64,000 bases of DNA from Mustelus asterias. Lineage: Eukaryota. The stretch covers positions 70,494,001-70,558,000 of the forward strand of contig NC_135812.1 of the NCBI RefSeq assembly GCF_964213995.1. Reading direction: 5' to 3'. This document shows positions 1-11,941 of this stretch, one piece after another; positions within the stretch are counted from its first letter, which is position 1, and every line of letters begins with the position of its first letter. The notes under the pieces were generated by a model. That model made no database searches. It was not told where the DNA came from and saw only the letters and a program-made list of their open reading frames with translations. Made by a program: the position numbers and the translations under genes.

Positions 1-160
1 CTCCTGCACCTCTATCCCTAACAGCACTCTGGGTGTACCTACATGTCATGGACTGTAGTGGATCAAGATATCAATTCTCCAGTCTCTTAAGGGTAATAAG
101 AGATAAACAATGAGTGCTCACCTTGTCAGCGATACCCACATCTTGTGAATAATTAAAAAA
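1..160 (+). mobile_element. 3' tail of CR1-group (L2/Crack-like) LINE, same family as 62410-64000
   Basis: aacagcactctgggtgtacctaca...ggactg resembles 63911-63960; ends in cccacatcttgtgaataattaaaaaaa. Confidence 0.55.
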
Positions 161-968
161 ATAATCCTCACAGTTAAAGCCATAGAACGTTTTCCTCAAT
201 TAATTTGTGATATTTTGAGCTTAAAGAAATGGAGAGTTCTTGGAGTCTGGGTTTTGAGGGACTTTGGCACTGTGGATGCTTCTTGATTGGTGGAGTAAAC
301 AAAGTGACAGCAGCTGGAGAGCCAGTGCAGGCATGATGATGGGCCAAATGGCTTCCTTCAGTGCCAGAACAGTTCTGTGATTCTGTGACCAAAATAAACT
401 CAAAGATCTGGGAACACATTCTCAAGAAACTAAGGGGTGATTTGATCAAGACTTATAAAATGACGAAAGGAATAAACTGTGTTTGTGTAGGCAGCTTGCT
501 TCAAATTATGTTAAGGCAGAGCTATTTTAGATGTTAAGACATGGTTCTTTTCCCAGAGGACAGAGATCCGAAGAAACACGCTTGCATAGTCACAGAGAAC
601 GCTGGCTAATTCACTGAGTGGGAACTGGCCCTGCTTCTGGCTGGGACAGCGATTACTTCAAACAAATACTGTATGACATTAATCAGACTGTCCCCTGGAG
701 AGATATGGGGCAATATTATTTTTTCTTAATTGGGCTTGGTATTAACTTGTATTATCATCTCTTGAAGAAGATCAAATATCGCTTGGATGGAATTGTCAAC
801 TCTTATGGAATGAATTAAGGAGTATTTCAAAAGTGATTTGGGGAGTGGGAACCACATGGGAGGATTTAAACTAGTTTGGCAGGGGGGTGGGAACCAAAGC
901 AAAGGTGATTAAACTAAGGGGAACCAGAGAGTGGGGCCAGTAAGACTCAGAGGAAGAGCGGGGAGGGT

Positions 969-2345
969 GTGGTTGCTAATCAAAGAGGGTCTGGTGGACT
1001 GAAGTGCATTTGTTTCAATGCGAGAAGTGTAACAGGTAAGACAGATGAACTTAGAGCTTGGATTAGTACTAGGAACTATGATGTTGTTGCCATTACAGAG
1101 ACTTGGTTAAGGGAAGGACAGGATTGGCAGCTTAACATTCCAGGATACAGATGTTTCAGGCGGGATAGAGGGGGATGTAAAAGGGGTGGGGGAGTTCCAC
1201 TACTGGTTAAGGAGAATATCACAGCTGCACTGCAGGAGGACACCTCTGAGGGCTCATACAGCAAGGCAATATGGGTAGAGCTCAGGAATAGGAAGGGCAT
1301 AGTCACAATGTTGGGGGTTTACTATAGGCCACACAACTGCCAGTGGGAGATGGAGGAACAGATATGCAGGCAGATTTTGGCAAGATGTAAAAGTAACAGG
1401 GTTGTTGTGATGTGAGATTTTAATTTCCCCTATACTGACTGGGACTCACTTAGTGTCAGGCTTATGGATGGGGCAGAATTTGTAAGGAGCATCCAGAAGG
1501 GCTTCCTGAAACAGTATAGATGGTCAAACCAGGGAAGGAGCCATGCTGGACCTGGTATTGGGGAGTGAGCCCAGCCAGGTTTCCAACGTTTCAGTAGGGG
1601 AGCAGTTCAGGAATAGTGACTACAATTCAATAAGCTTCAAGGTACTGATGGATAAAGATAAGTGTAGTCATCAAGTTAAGGTGCTAAATTGGGGGAAGGC
1701 TAATTACAACAATAATTGGCAGGAACTGAAGAATGTAGATTGGGGCAGATGTTTGAGAGCAAATCAACATCTGGCATGTGGGAGGCTTTCAAATGTAAGT
1801 TGATAGGGATTCAGGACCAGCACAATCCTGTAAGGATGAAGGATAAGTGTGGCAAATTTTGCGAACCTTGGATAACGAGAGATATTGTGAGCCTAGTCAA
1901 AGAGAAAAAGGAAGTATTTGTCAAGGAGGGCTAAAAGGGGTCACAAAAAATCATTGGCCAGCAGAATTAAGGAAAATCCCAAGGCTTTTTATACATATAT
2001 AAAGAGCAAGAAGGTAGCCAGGGAGAGGGTTGGCCCACTCAAGGAAAGGGGAGGGAATCTATGTGTGGAGCCAGAAGAAATGGGCGAGGTATTAAATGAG
2101 TACTTTGCATCAGTATTCACCAAAGAAAAGGACTTGGTGGATGATGAGGCTGGGCAAGAGTGTGTAGATAGTTTGAGTCATGTTGAGATCATAAAGGAGG
2201 AAGTATTGGGGTTCTTGAGAAACATTAAGGTAGACAAGTCCCCAGAGCCCGATGGAATATACCCCAGAATACTGAGAGAGGCAAGGGAGGAAATTGCTGG
2301 GGCCTTGAGAGAAACCTTTGTATCCTCACTGGCTACAGGGGAGTT
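969..2345 (+). pseudogene. CR1 ORF2 endonuclease and linker, frameshifted
   Basis: Broken ORFs 969-1415, 1543-1803, 1716-1934 and 1918-2349, including LDLVL, KENPKAFYTY, LNEYFASVFT and KSPEPDGIYPRIL. Confidence 0.9.
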
Positions 2346-2440
2346 ATGATGTGGAGATGCCGGCGTTGGACTGGGGTAAGCACAATAAGAAGTCTCACAA
2401 CACCAGGTTAAAGTCCAACAGGTTTATTTGGTAGCAAATA

Positions 2441-2479
2441 CCATAAGCTTTCGGAGCGTGCTGCTCCTTCGTCAGATGG
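2441..2479 (-). ncRNA. Minimal hammerhead ribozyme, second copy on the opposite strand
   Basis: ccataagctttcggagcgtgctgctccttcgtcagatgg is the exact reverse complement of 4154-4192. Confidence 0.8.
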
Positions 2480-2687
2480 AGTGGTTATCTGTTCTCTAAC
2501 AGTGCACAGACACAGAAATCAAGTTACAGAATACTAATTAGAATGCAAATCTCTACAGCCAGCCAGGTCTTAAAAGGTACAGATAATGTGGTTGGAGGGA
2601 ACATTAAACACAGGTTAAAGAGATGTGCATTGTCTCCAGACAGAACAGCTGGTGAGATTATGCAAGACCAGGGGCAAGCTGTGGGGG

Positions 2688-3665
2688 TTACTGATAATGT
2701 GACATAAATCCAACATCCCGGTTTAGGCCGTCCTCATGTGTGCGGAACTTGGCTATCAGTTTCTGCTCAGCGACTCTGCGCTGTCGTGTGTCGTGAAGGC
2801 CGCCTTGGAGAATGCTTACCTGAAGATCCAAGGCTGAATGCCCGTGACTGCTGAAGTGCTCCCCCACAGGAAGAGAACAGTCTTGCCTGGTGATTGTTGA
2901 GCGGTGTTCATTCATCCGTTGTCGTAGCGTCTGCATGGTTTCACCAATGTACCATGCCTTGGGACATCCTTTCCTGCAGCATATCAGGTAGACAACGTTG
3001 GCCGAGTTGCAAGAGTATGTACCATGTACCTGGTAGATGGTGTTCTCACGTGAGATGATGTCATCCGTGTCGATGATCCGGCACGTCTTGCAGAGGTTGC
3101 TGTGGCAGGGTTGTGTGGTGTCATGGTCACAGTTCTCCTGAAGGCCGGGTAGTTTGCTGCGGACAATGGTCTGTTTGAGGTTGCGTGGTTGTTTGAAGGC
3201 AAGAAGTGGGGGTGTGGGGATGGCCTTGGCGAGATGTTCGTCTTCATCAATGACATGTTGAAGGCTCCGGAGGAGATGCCGTAGCTTCTCCGCTCCGGGG
3301 AAGTACTGGACAACGAAGGGTACTCTGTCCACCGTGTCCCGTGTTTGTCTTCTGAGGAGGTCGGTGCGGTTTTTCGTTGTGGCGCATCGGAACTGTTGAT
3401 CGATGAGTCGAGCACCATATCCTGTTCTTATGAGGGCATCTTTCAGCGTCTGGAGGTGTCTGTTGCGATCCTCCTCATCCGAACAGATCCTGTGCATTCG
3501 GAGGGCTTGTCCGCAGGGGATGGCTTCTTTTACGTGTTTAGGGTGAAAGCTGGAGAAGTGGAGCATCATGAGGCTATCCATGGGCTTGCGGTATAGTGAG
3601 GTGCTGAGGCGACCGTCCTTAATGGAGATGCGAGTGTCCAAGAATGCAACCGATTCCGGAGAGTA
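2688..3665 (-). CDS. Penelope-like RT C-terminus/thumb plus GIY-YIG endonuclease (5'-truncated, frame open)
   Basis: FLDTRISIKDGRLSTSLYRKP...SSFHPKH, CKTC, VVYLICC...WYIGET, RMNEH, AEQKLI...GLN; the ORF-track start at 3743 is read-through from the inverted arm. Confidence 0.9.
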   Translation of the reverse strand, partial: YSPESVAFLDTRISIKDGRLSTSLYRKPMDSLMMLHFSSFHPKHVKEAIPCGQALRMHRICSDEEDRNRHLQTLKDALIRTGYGARLIDQQFRCATTKNRTDLLRRQTRDTVDRVPFVVQYFPGAEKLRHLLRSLQHVIDEDEHLAKAIPTPPLLAFKQPRNLKQTIVRSKLPGLQENCDHDTTQPCHSNLCKTCRIIDTDDIISRENTIYQVHGTYSCNSANVVYLICCRKGCPKAWYIGETMQTLRQRMNEHRSTITRQDCSLPVGEHFSSHGHSALDLQVSILQGGLHDTRQRRVAEQKLIAKFRTHEDGLNRDVGFMSHYQ

Positions 3666-3676
3666 TGGTACCGAGA

Positions 3677-4250
3677 CATGGTACATTGGGGAAACCATGC
3701 AGACACTACGACAATGGATGAATGAACACCGCTCGACAATCACCAGGCAAGACTGTTCTCTTCCTGTGGGGGAGCACTTCAGCAGTCACGGGCATTCAGC
3801 CTTGGATCTTCAGGTAAGCATTCTCCAAGGCGGCCTTCACGACACACGACAGCGCAGAGTCGCTGAGCAGAAACTGATAGCCAAGTTCCGCACACATGAG
3901 GACGGCCTAAACCGGGATGTTGGATTTATGTCACATTATCAGTAACCCCCACAGCTTGCCCCTGGTCTTGCATAATCTCACCAGCTGTTCTGTCTGGAGA
4001 CAATACACATCTCTTTAACCTGTGTTTAATGTTCCCTCCAACCACATTATCTGTACCTTTTAAGACCTGGCTGGCTGTAGAGATTTGCATTCTAATTAGT
4101 ATTCTGTAACTTGATTTCTGTGTCTGTGCACTGTTGGAGAACAGATAACCACTCCATCTGACGAAGGAGCAGCACGCTCCGAAAGCTTATGGTATTTGCT
4201 ACCAAATAAACCTGTTGGACTTTAACCTGGTGTTGTGAGACTTCTTACTG
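3677..4250 (+). repeat. Inverted pseudo-LTR arm (574 bp), reverse complement of 2383-2956
   Basis: Same GIY-YIG C-terminus (WYIGET...MSHYQ) and 3' UTR on the opposite strand; about 7 mismatches counted by eye. Confidence 0.93.
4154..4192 (+). ncRNA. Minimal type I hammerhead ribozyme in the PLE pseudo-LTR
   Basis: CCAT-CTGACGA-A-GGAGC(agcac)GCTCC-GAAA-GCTTA-TGG: catalytic core, 5-bp stem II, palindromic AAGCTT stem III, CCA/TGG stem I. Confidence 0.8.
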
Positions 4251-4262
4251 TACAGGGGAGTT

Positions 4263-5449
4263 CCCAGAAGATTGGAGAATAGCCAATTTTGTTCCTTTGT
4301 TTAAGAAGGGTAGCAAGAATAATCCAGGTAATTACAGGCCGGTGAGCCTTACGTCAGTGGTAGGGAAATTATTGGAGAGGATTCTTCGAGACAGGATTTA
4401 CTCCCACTTGGAAATAAGTGGACGTATTAGCGAGAGGCAACATAGTTTTGTGAAGAGGAGGTCGTATCTCACTAACTTGATCGAGTTTTTCGAGGAAGTG
4501 ACGAAGATGATTGATGAGGGAAGGGCAGTGGATGTTGTCTACATGGACTTCAGTAAGGCTTTTGACAAGGTCCCTCATGGCAGACTGGTGCAGAAGGTGA
4601 AGTCACATGGGATCAGAGGTGAACTGACAAGGTGGATACAGAACTGCCTTGGTTGTAGAAGGGTACCAATGGAAGGGTGCGTTTCTGAATGGAGGGCTGT
4701 GACAAGTGGTGTTCCTCAGGGATCAGTGCTGGGACCTTTGCTGTTTGTAATATATATAGATAATTTGGAGGAAAATGTAACTGGTTTGATTAGTAAGTTT
4801 GCAGACGACACAAAGGTTGGTGGATTTGCGAATAGCGATGAGGACCATCAGAGGATACAGCAGGATATAGATCGGTTGGAGACTTGGGCGGAGAGATGGC
4901 AGATGGAGTTTAATCCGGACAAATGTGAGGTAATGCATTTTGGAAGATCTAATACAGAGAGGAAATATACAGTAAATGGTAGAACCCTTAGAGTATTGAT
5001 AGACAGAGTTATCTGGGTGTGTAGGTACACAGGTAACTGAAAGTGGAAAGCAGGTGGAGAAGGTAGTCAAGAAGGCATGCGAAATGCTTGCCTTCATCGG
5101 CCAGGGCATTGAGTTTAAAAATTGGCAAGTCATGTTGCAGCTTTATAGAACCTTAGTTAGGCCGCACTTGGAATATAGTGTTCAATTCTGGTCGCCACAC
5201 TACCAGAAGGATGTGGAGGCTTTGGAGAGGGCACAGAAAAGATTTACCAGGATGTTGCCTGGTATGGAGGGCATTAACTATGAGGAGAAGTTGGAGAAAC
5301 TTGGTTTTTTACCACTGGAAAGACGGAGGTTGAGGGGCGACCTGATAGAAGTCTACAAGATTATGAGGGGCATGGACAGAGTGAATAGTCAGAAGCTTTT
5401 TCCCATTGTGGAAGAGTCAATTACTAGGGGGCATAGGTTTAAGGTATGA
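4263..5449 (+). pseudogene. CR1 ORF2 reverse transcriptase, frameshifted
   Basis: ORFs 4297-5040 and 5054-5449 with QGSVLGP and FADD motifs. Confidence 0.92.
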
Positions 5450-7227
5450 AGGGCAAGATTTAAAGGAGATGTACACGGCAAATGTTTTACACAAAGCGTG
5501 GTGGGTGCCTGGAACTTGCTGCCGGGGGAGGTTGTGGAAGCAGATATGATAGTGAGTTTTAAGGGGCATCTTGACAAATGCATGAATAGGATGGGAATAG
5601 AAGGATATGGTCCCAGAAGGGTAGGGGGCTTTAGTTCAGTTGGGCATTATGATCAGCGCAGGCTTGGAGGGCCAAAGGGCCTGTTCCTGTGCTGTAATTT
5701 TCTCTGTTCTTTGGGTGGGTGGGGAGAGATGGGTGGGGGGTATTATTGGTCAGAGTGGAGTGCTGGTGAGAATAATACTCGGAGGGGCATTTATTGCTTT
5801 AAGGCAGGACTTGTTGTGAGGAAGTTCTGCCTCTGAGAGCTGCCATTCAAAGGGTGGGCAGCTGGTCCCAGAAACGCGAACAGGAGCGATGGCCACTGCT
5901 GGGATGACAATAGTCCCCAATGCTGAGAAGCCGGAATCAGAGTGAAAGGTAATTCAGGTGGGAGGGGATATATCGCCCAGGCCAGGCAAGAAATTCCAGA
6001 CAAAGGGACTGAGGGGAATAGGGGGCCAAGGTAGGCAAGACAGTTGGGGAGAGGAATAGGTGAGAGTGACATGGTTGAGGGACTTCCAATGGACCCAGAG
6101 AGCCCATTAAAATGTTGACTGCTGCAAGTCCATGCAGTAAAAGCTGCTGGGATAGAGACTCTCCCACCACTGGTCAAATCCCAAAGGAAGGATGAGACCC
6201 ATCTTAAGGGCATCAGGTGGCCCTTAAGCAGTGGAGCAGGGCACCCAATGCCTCCCCTGCTGCAGGTAAAATTGCAGCAGAGGCAGTGGTGGGTGATCAT
6301 ATGGCAGGCATGGTATCTGTGACATTATGCGACCTGCAAACCTGCCGGTTGGAAGCCTTCAAATCCAGACCATAGATTCTCACTAGCCAGTTCAGTTGGG
6401 CAGAATAGCAACCGAATAAAATTAGAAAAAGTTTTTAAAAGTTGCTGTTTGCAAAATTTTATCATGTGGCAATTGATTTTTCTAATTGGCTGCACAGCAA
6501 CTATAATTTAAAACAATTAATTGGGGGTGAAACACTTTAGGGTAATGTGCAGGCAGGCTAAGATGTTATAAAAATGTAGCTTCTTTATTCCTGTCCTCTT
6601 AGTTTCAAACCAGTAGCAGTTCATCAAGTCATCCCCTTTCCTGGATGGTTTCAGAGTTAAGATCACTTAGGAATGGGAGTGGTTTGACAAACTAGTACAG
6701 CTTTGAAACAAAAGGTATTGATCCAGAGTTGTACACAGATTATAGCATCAACCAAGAATTATACTACCAAAGTTCACAAAATAGATCACAGAACATGCAC
6801 GTATGTGATTAATACGCATTGATAGTTATTGAGTTGAGACCACATTCATCTCCACAGAACAATGGGAAAGAATCACAAATCTTGCTCTCATCCACACATA
6901 GATATTCATTCATGTCCATTATTCTTTTTTACATACAGTTTTCCTCTCTCCTTTGCAACGCCTAGATGGTTTCACGTACACTGATTGCCCTCCAGTAACT
7001 GAAGCAAGTGACCATTCTTCATTCAAAAACAAAATACTGCAAGTGCTGAAAATCCCTCAGTAACCATTGATCTGATATGTTAACACTGTTTCTCTCTTCA
7101 CAGTGGCTGTCTAACCTGCTTAGTATTTCCGGCATTTCCTGTTTTAATGCCATTCTTTACCTGTCTGTCTGAGAGTCGGAGGCCAAATCCTGTCATGTTC
7201 TCGTCCAGAGGCCACACGTAGAAGCCA

Positions 7228-7551
7228 TAGAAGAATCATAGAATCCCTACAGTGCAGAAGGAGGCCATTCAGCCCATCAAGTCTGCACCAACCACAATCC
7301 CACCTATCCCCATAACCCCATGCATTTACCCTAGATAGTCCCCCTGGCACTAAGGGACAATTTAGCATGGCAAATTCGCTTAACCCACATATCTTTGGAG
7401 TGTGGGAGGAAACCGGAGCACCCAGAGGAAACCCACGTGGACACTGGGAGAATATGCAAACTCCACACAGACAGTGACCCAAGCTGGGAATTGGACCTAG
7501 GTCCCTGGCGCTGTGAGGCAGCTGTGCTCACAGACTACTGTGCCACCGTGT
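7228..7551 (-). mobile_element. HE1-type V-SINE with CR1-like tail
   Basis: tRNA-derived head, V-core ggtttcctctgggtgctccggtttcctcccac, tail gaatggcctccttctgcactgtagggattctatg. Confidence 0.9.
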
Positions 7552-7552
7552 C

Positions 7553-7680
7553 ACCCAGAATTTTACCATCCCGCCTGCCACGGGAATTGGAGTGAGTGAG
7601 GGGCGGACCATGGCAAGGTCCGTTGACCTTGGGCGGGATTTTACATTTACGGGACAAGCGAGGCCATAAAATTCCACTTT
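7553..7680. mobile_element. Short GC-rich MITE (Harbinger-like)
   Basis: agaattttaccatcccgcc...ggccataaaattccac; homologous to 13760-13890 and 25830-25937. Confidence 0.65.
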
Positions 7681-7964
7681 TGCAGAGTGAGTAAAGATTG
7701 TCCAGGGTGAGATTGTGGAGGGATTTGAAGCTGCAGAATATAAACACCAGCTCTTCGGAACAAAATAAGGTGGAGGACAGACATTCGTCCAAAGTCAAAA
7801 GATGGGGAGGTGACACCGTCAACCATTTCAAGCACTGCAGAGATTGAGGACACTGAACACAACTTTGTCACATTCGAAAGGAACATTGTTTGTAATTATG
7901 GCTGGAGCAATCTTGGGGTGCAAGGTGCAAGGTAAATTCAAGCAAGGGGTTTTGGGATTGAATC

Positions 7965-8876
7965 TGTGAAGACCCAGGCCAGAAACGCCAGGGTGTTTTA
8001 TGAAGTTAGCCTAGACCCTAGGTCTTCACGTTTGAATTTGGCACGGGTGAGCATAAGGTGTTTCACTCCAGGTATGATTCAAGCGATCCACTAGATAGCT
8101 TTTATCAAACAAACTTTATTTAAGAACACAGTTAAGATATAACAAAAAGAATTAGCATAAATGTTACCAATTACAAGAATCAAACATGACACAGTATAAA
8201 CATTAACAGCTAGCTATCTCTGTTGTTCCAAGTCAACCACTATCCTATAGGCATACACCCCTTTCTGGATGTGGCACAAAAAGCAAGTATGTTCACGTGG
8301 TGCTGGACCTTCAGCTTGTTAACACCTGCTGTTGGTCAGTTGAATGTTGGATTAAAACACTGAAGCTTTCCAGTCCTGGAACATTCCTAAAAGCCTCGGA
8401 GAGAGAGGGAGACAGAGAGAGAGAGAGACACTGTCTTATTCCACCAGTTTCTAACAGCAACTCACAGACGGCAGAATTTACGACTCCAGAGAGGGAAAAA
8501 CAATTGACACTGCTTCCTGTCTCAAGTTCAAACAGCATCTGAGAAAATGAAACTAAAGACTCCAACTCGAGGAGAGAGGGGAAAAGAACTGTTGCTGCTC
8601 TCAACTTCAGTCTACTAGTGACAAGTGAAACCAAAAACATGGACTATTCTGTGACAAAAGAACTGTCCCCAGGCATCACCTGACCAATCATGCAATCCCA
8701 AAGGAACATTAAAAACCACAAGACCCTGCATTGGTCCAGATTAAAATCAACTTGATATCAATTATACTGCTTCAGTAGCAATTAGAGGACACTAGTTACA
8801 GACATTACGGCACCAATAAAATGTTTGCAAAGGAACATGACTAAAATACATTTCTTAAAGGCACAGTATTGTCACA
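7965..8876. mobile_element. Probable solo LTR inserted into an old LINE relic
   Basis: TG...CA termini (tgtgaa...gtcaca); left end similar to 15100-15175; no clear TSD. Confidence 0.45.
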
Positions 8877-10377
8877 ATAAGCATGGAGTTCTGGAGTGAT
8901 AACATGTTCAAGGACTTTGGGGTGGAAGGGAAGTTAGCAACTATTGGGAACAAAGATAAGGTGATGGAGTATTTGAGTGACCCACTGGCATATGTGCACA
9001 GTTCTGATAATTAAGTTGAACCCATTCCCATCTCATATTAAATGGGTAATTTTCCTGAGCCATAACCAGGCTGAAATAGAATTGGAAGGTCAGGAAGCAT
9101 TGACAGGGAAACAGTGCCATTGGTTAGTGGCCCTATCCTTTTCCCCTCTTCCCAGCAACTCGGTTCTCCCTGGTTCCGGATGCACGATGCATGTCATTTA
9201 ACTCACACCAACCTGTCATCCAAACACAGAATAGTATGTGACATTATTAAAATGCTGCAGTTTCATCATTTTCAGCTATAATTCTCGGCTTCCACTCATT
9301 CAATCATGATTACAATGAAAGCCTCAGTGATTTTTACAGATTTCATTTCTGAGTCCACTTACTCAAATCCACTGACATTTCTTTATTCACTCTTTCTGCC
9401 AAGCTCCATTCTGAATGGCTGCCAACAGCCCAGTGGTGCATGCAAAATAAGGCAGTGTGTGTAGAAATGACTAGTGACAAATCTGGCAACATGTTCGCAA
9501 AGCATTGCCGCATAATTAGCAAAGTTTCATTTTTAAAAACTGACGTCTGCTGGAATCTTCCAATTGAGCCTGGCTCTTTATACTGCGGAGTTCCTTCTCC
9601 TGTGCTGGAATTCATTCCTTTCTTAACCTGATTTAAAACCCTCCTGAACACTGCATATTATTAGACTGGAATCCGTGGTGGTAATTTATTAATTCAATTG
9701 AAATAATTGTGTGTTAAATTTATGCAGCTTTATCTAGACTAATGGATTTTTATTCTTAAGTAGGCTATTATAGCCAGCAATCATATTAGTAGTCAATTGG
9801 TATCTCCAGTTTATTAAGCACCCAAACAGAATGGTTGCATGATTTTCCTCTGCCTGTGATTTTATTTGTTTGTGGAAGACTTTGTGGAAATAAAAAATAA
9901 TAAGGCAATAATCCTTTGCTTAACTTGATGCATTGGTAACTATAACAGCACATGTCAGGTTTCTGCAGAGAGAAAAACAACTACTTCATTTGCAGACAGT
10001 AATAATACGTTTTTGATCCACGTTTCACTCCTGCTTCCTGGGGCTAAATTCTTAATGCTGCAGCACACACTATTAGGATGTAATTGATTTGGCCCCGCTG
10101 TGCAAAAGCAGCCTCTGCCGTCACGACGAAGAGGGTTATGTCCGTGGACAGGCACAGCATGACTCCCTTTGGTCACATTGCGCTCAGATCACACCTCAAT
10201 AAAATTTTAGCGAGGGGAGATAACTCGCAATCTTCTTTCCTCAGTCATGTGTAACTCGAGTGAAAGTACTCCTTAAAGTAGCAGTAGAAGTGGCGAGGTT
10301 TTGCAATCATGCAACATTATTGAAAGGTATCCTAGCTTTTGTTAGGAAAAGCTAGTTAAGGCAGAGGGCAAGAATTA

Positions 10378-10452
10378 AAATTTAAAGTTTATTTATTAGT
10401 CACGAGTAAGGCTTACATTAACACTGCAATGAAGTTACTGTGAAATTTCCCG
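10378..10452 (-). mobile_element. Isolated type-b SINE/LINE 3' tail fragment
   Basis: aaagtttatttattagtcacgagtaaggcttacattaacactgcaatgaagttactgtgaaa matches the tails at 19680-19755 and 47280-47355. Confidence 0.75.
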
Positions 10453-10694
10453 TTTGCAGCAGAGAAACAGACCATTTGGTGTACTGTTGTTTAAGGCCCA
10501 CATGAGCCTTCTCCCACTTTATTTATTTCACTCTATCGGCACATTCTCCAATTCTGTTCCCCTTCATCTTTGTTACACTATTCACCTCAACTGTGGGAGT
10601 GAACATAAAGAAGAATATTATACCAGTTAAATATGGAAATTTTTGCTAGTCAGCTTTTGTTATGTTCTTTTATGTTAAAAGTCAAGTCAAGAAC

Positions 10695-11941
10695 TGTTAG
10701 AGTTCTTTGAAGAGATAACAAATAGGTTAGACCAAGGAGAGCCAATGGATGTTATCTATCTTGACTTCCAAAAGGCCTTTGACAAGGTGCCTCACGGGAG
10801 ACTGCTGAGTAAAATAAGGGCCCATGGTATTCGAGGCAAGGTACTAACATGGATTGACGATTGGCTGTCAGACAGAAGGCAGAGAGTTGGGATAAAAGGT
10901 TCTTTCTCAGAATGGCAACCGGTGACAAGTGGTGTCCCGCAGGGTTCAGTGTTGGGGCCACAGCTGTTCTCTTTATATATTAACGATCTAGATGACGGGA
11001 CTGGGGGCATTCTGGCCAAGTTTGCCGATGATACAAAGATAGGTGGAGGGGCAGGTAGTATTGAGGAGGTGGGGAGGCTGCAGAAAGATTTAGACAGTTT
11101 AGGAGAGTGGTCCAAGAAGTGGCTGATGAAATTCAACGTGGGCAAGTGCGAGGTCGTGCACTTTGGAAAAAAGAATAGAGGCATGGACTATTTTCTAAAC
11201 GGTGACAAAATTCATAATGCTAAAGTGCAAAGGGACTTGGGAGTCCTAGTCCAGGATTCTCTAAAGGTAAACTTGCAGGTTGAGTCCGTAATTAAGAAAG
11301 CAAATGTAATGTTGTCATTTATCTCAAGAGGCTTGGAATACAAAAGCAGGGATGTACTTCTGAGGCTTTATAAAGCACTGGTTAGGCCCCATTTGGAGTA
11401 CTGTGAGCAATTTTGGGCCCCACACCTCAGGAAGGACATACTGGCACTGGAGCGGGTCCAGCGGAGATTCACACGGATGATCCCAGGAATGGTAGGCCTG
11501 ACATACGATGAACGTCTGAGGATCGTGGGATTATATTCATTGGAGTTTAGGAGGTTGAGGGGAGATCTGATAGAGACTTACAAGATAATGAACGGCTTAG
11601 ATAGGATGGACGTAGGGAAGTTGTTTCCATTAGCAGGGGAGACTAGGACGCGGGGGCACAGCCTTAGAATAAAAGGGAGTCACTTTAGAACAGAGATGAG
11701 GAGAAATTTCTTCAGCCAGAGAGTGGTAGGTCTGTGGAATTCATTGCCACAGAGGGCTGTGGAGGCCAAGACGTTGAGCGTCTTCAAGACAGAAATTGAT
11801 AAATTCTTGATTTCTCGAGGAATTAAGGGCTATGGGGAGAGAGCGGGTAAATGGAGTTGAAATCAACCATGATTGAATGGTGGAGTGGACTCGATGGGCC
11901 GAATGGCCTTACTTCCGCTCCTATGTCTTATGGTCTTATGG
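10695..11941 (+). mobile_element. Young 5'-truncated CR1 LINE
   Basis: Uninterrupted ORF2 3' half, CR1 3' UTR stem (gatgggccgaatggcc) and tandem tail tcttatgg. Confidence 0.95.
10745..11860 (+). CDS. CR1 ORF2 reverse transcriptase C-terminal 371 aa (truncated retrocopy)
   Basis: YLDFQKAFDKV, GVPQGSVLGP, KFADDTK, LVRPHLEYC, RRNFFSQRVV. Confidence 0.92.
   Translation: MDVIYLDFQKAFDKVPHGRLLSKIRAHGIRGKVLTWIDDWLSDRRQRVGIKGSFSEWQPVTSGVPQGSVLGPQLFSLYINDLDDGTGGILAKFADDTKIGGGAGSIEEVGRLQKDLDSLGEWSKKWLMKFNVGKCEVVHFGKKNRGMDYFLNGDKIHNAKVQRDLGVLVQDSLKVNLQVESVIKKANVMLSFISRGLEYKSRDVLLRLYKALVRPHLEYCEQFWAPHLRKDILALERVQRRFTRMIPGMVGLTYDERLRIVGLYSLEFRRLRGDLIETYKIMNGLDRMDVGKLFPLAGETRTRGHSLRIKGSHFRTEMRRNFFSQRVVGLWNSLPQRAVEAKTLSVFKTEIDKFLISRGIKGYGERAGKWS

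Larger units (their letters stand above)
2346..4250 (-). mobile_element. Penelope-like (Poseidon-type, GIY-YIG) retroelement, 5'-truncated, with an inverted pseudo-LTR
   Basis: TSD TACAGGGGAGTT at 2334-2345 and 4251-4262; ORF with PLE RT C-terminus and GIY-YIG domain; inverted arms 2383-2956 and 3677-4250; 37-nt tail 2346-2382. Confidence 0.93.
850..5710 (+). mobile_element. CR1 LINE (HER1-like), near-complete ORF2, decayed, interrupted by a Penelope-like insertion at 2346-4250
   Basis: APE endonuclease motifs (CICFNARS, VAITETWL, GVYYRP) in ORF 969-1415; RT motifs (NYRPVSLTS, DFSKAFDKV, GVPQGSVLGP, KFADD) in ORF 4297-5040; CR1 C-terminus (LVRPHLEY, RRLRGDLIE) and 3' UTR gggccaaagggcctgttcctgtgctg. 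Confidence 0.95.

Noticed and set aside
3568-3945. 125-aa plus-strand ORF as an independent GIY-YIG gene
   Set aside because: It is a chimera of antisense PLE body and the inverted pseudo-LTR arm
7540-7570. MITE B abutting SINE 5' ends here and at 13760 as a composite SINE-MITE element
   Set aside because: Junction positions differ between the two loci; better explained by independent insertion and deletion
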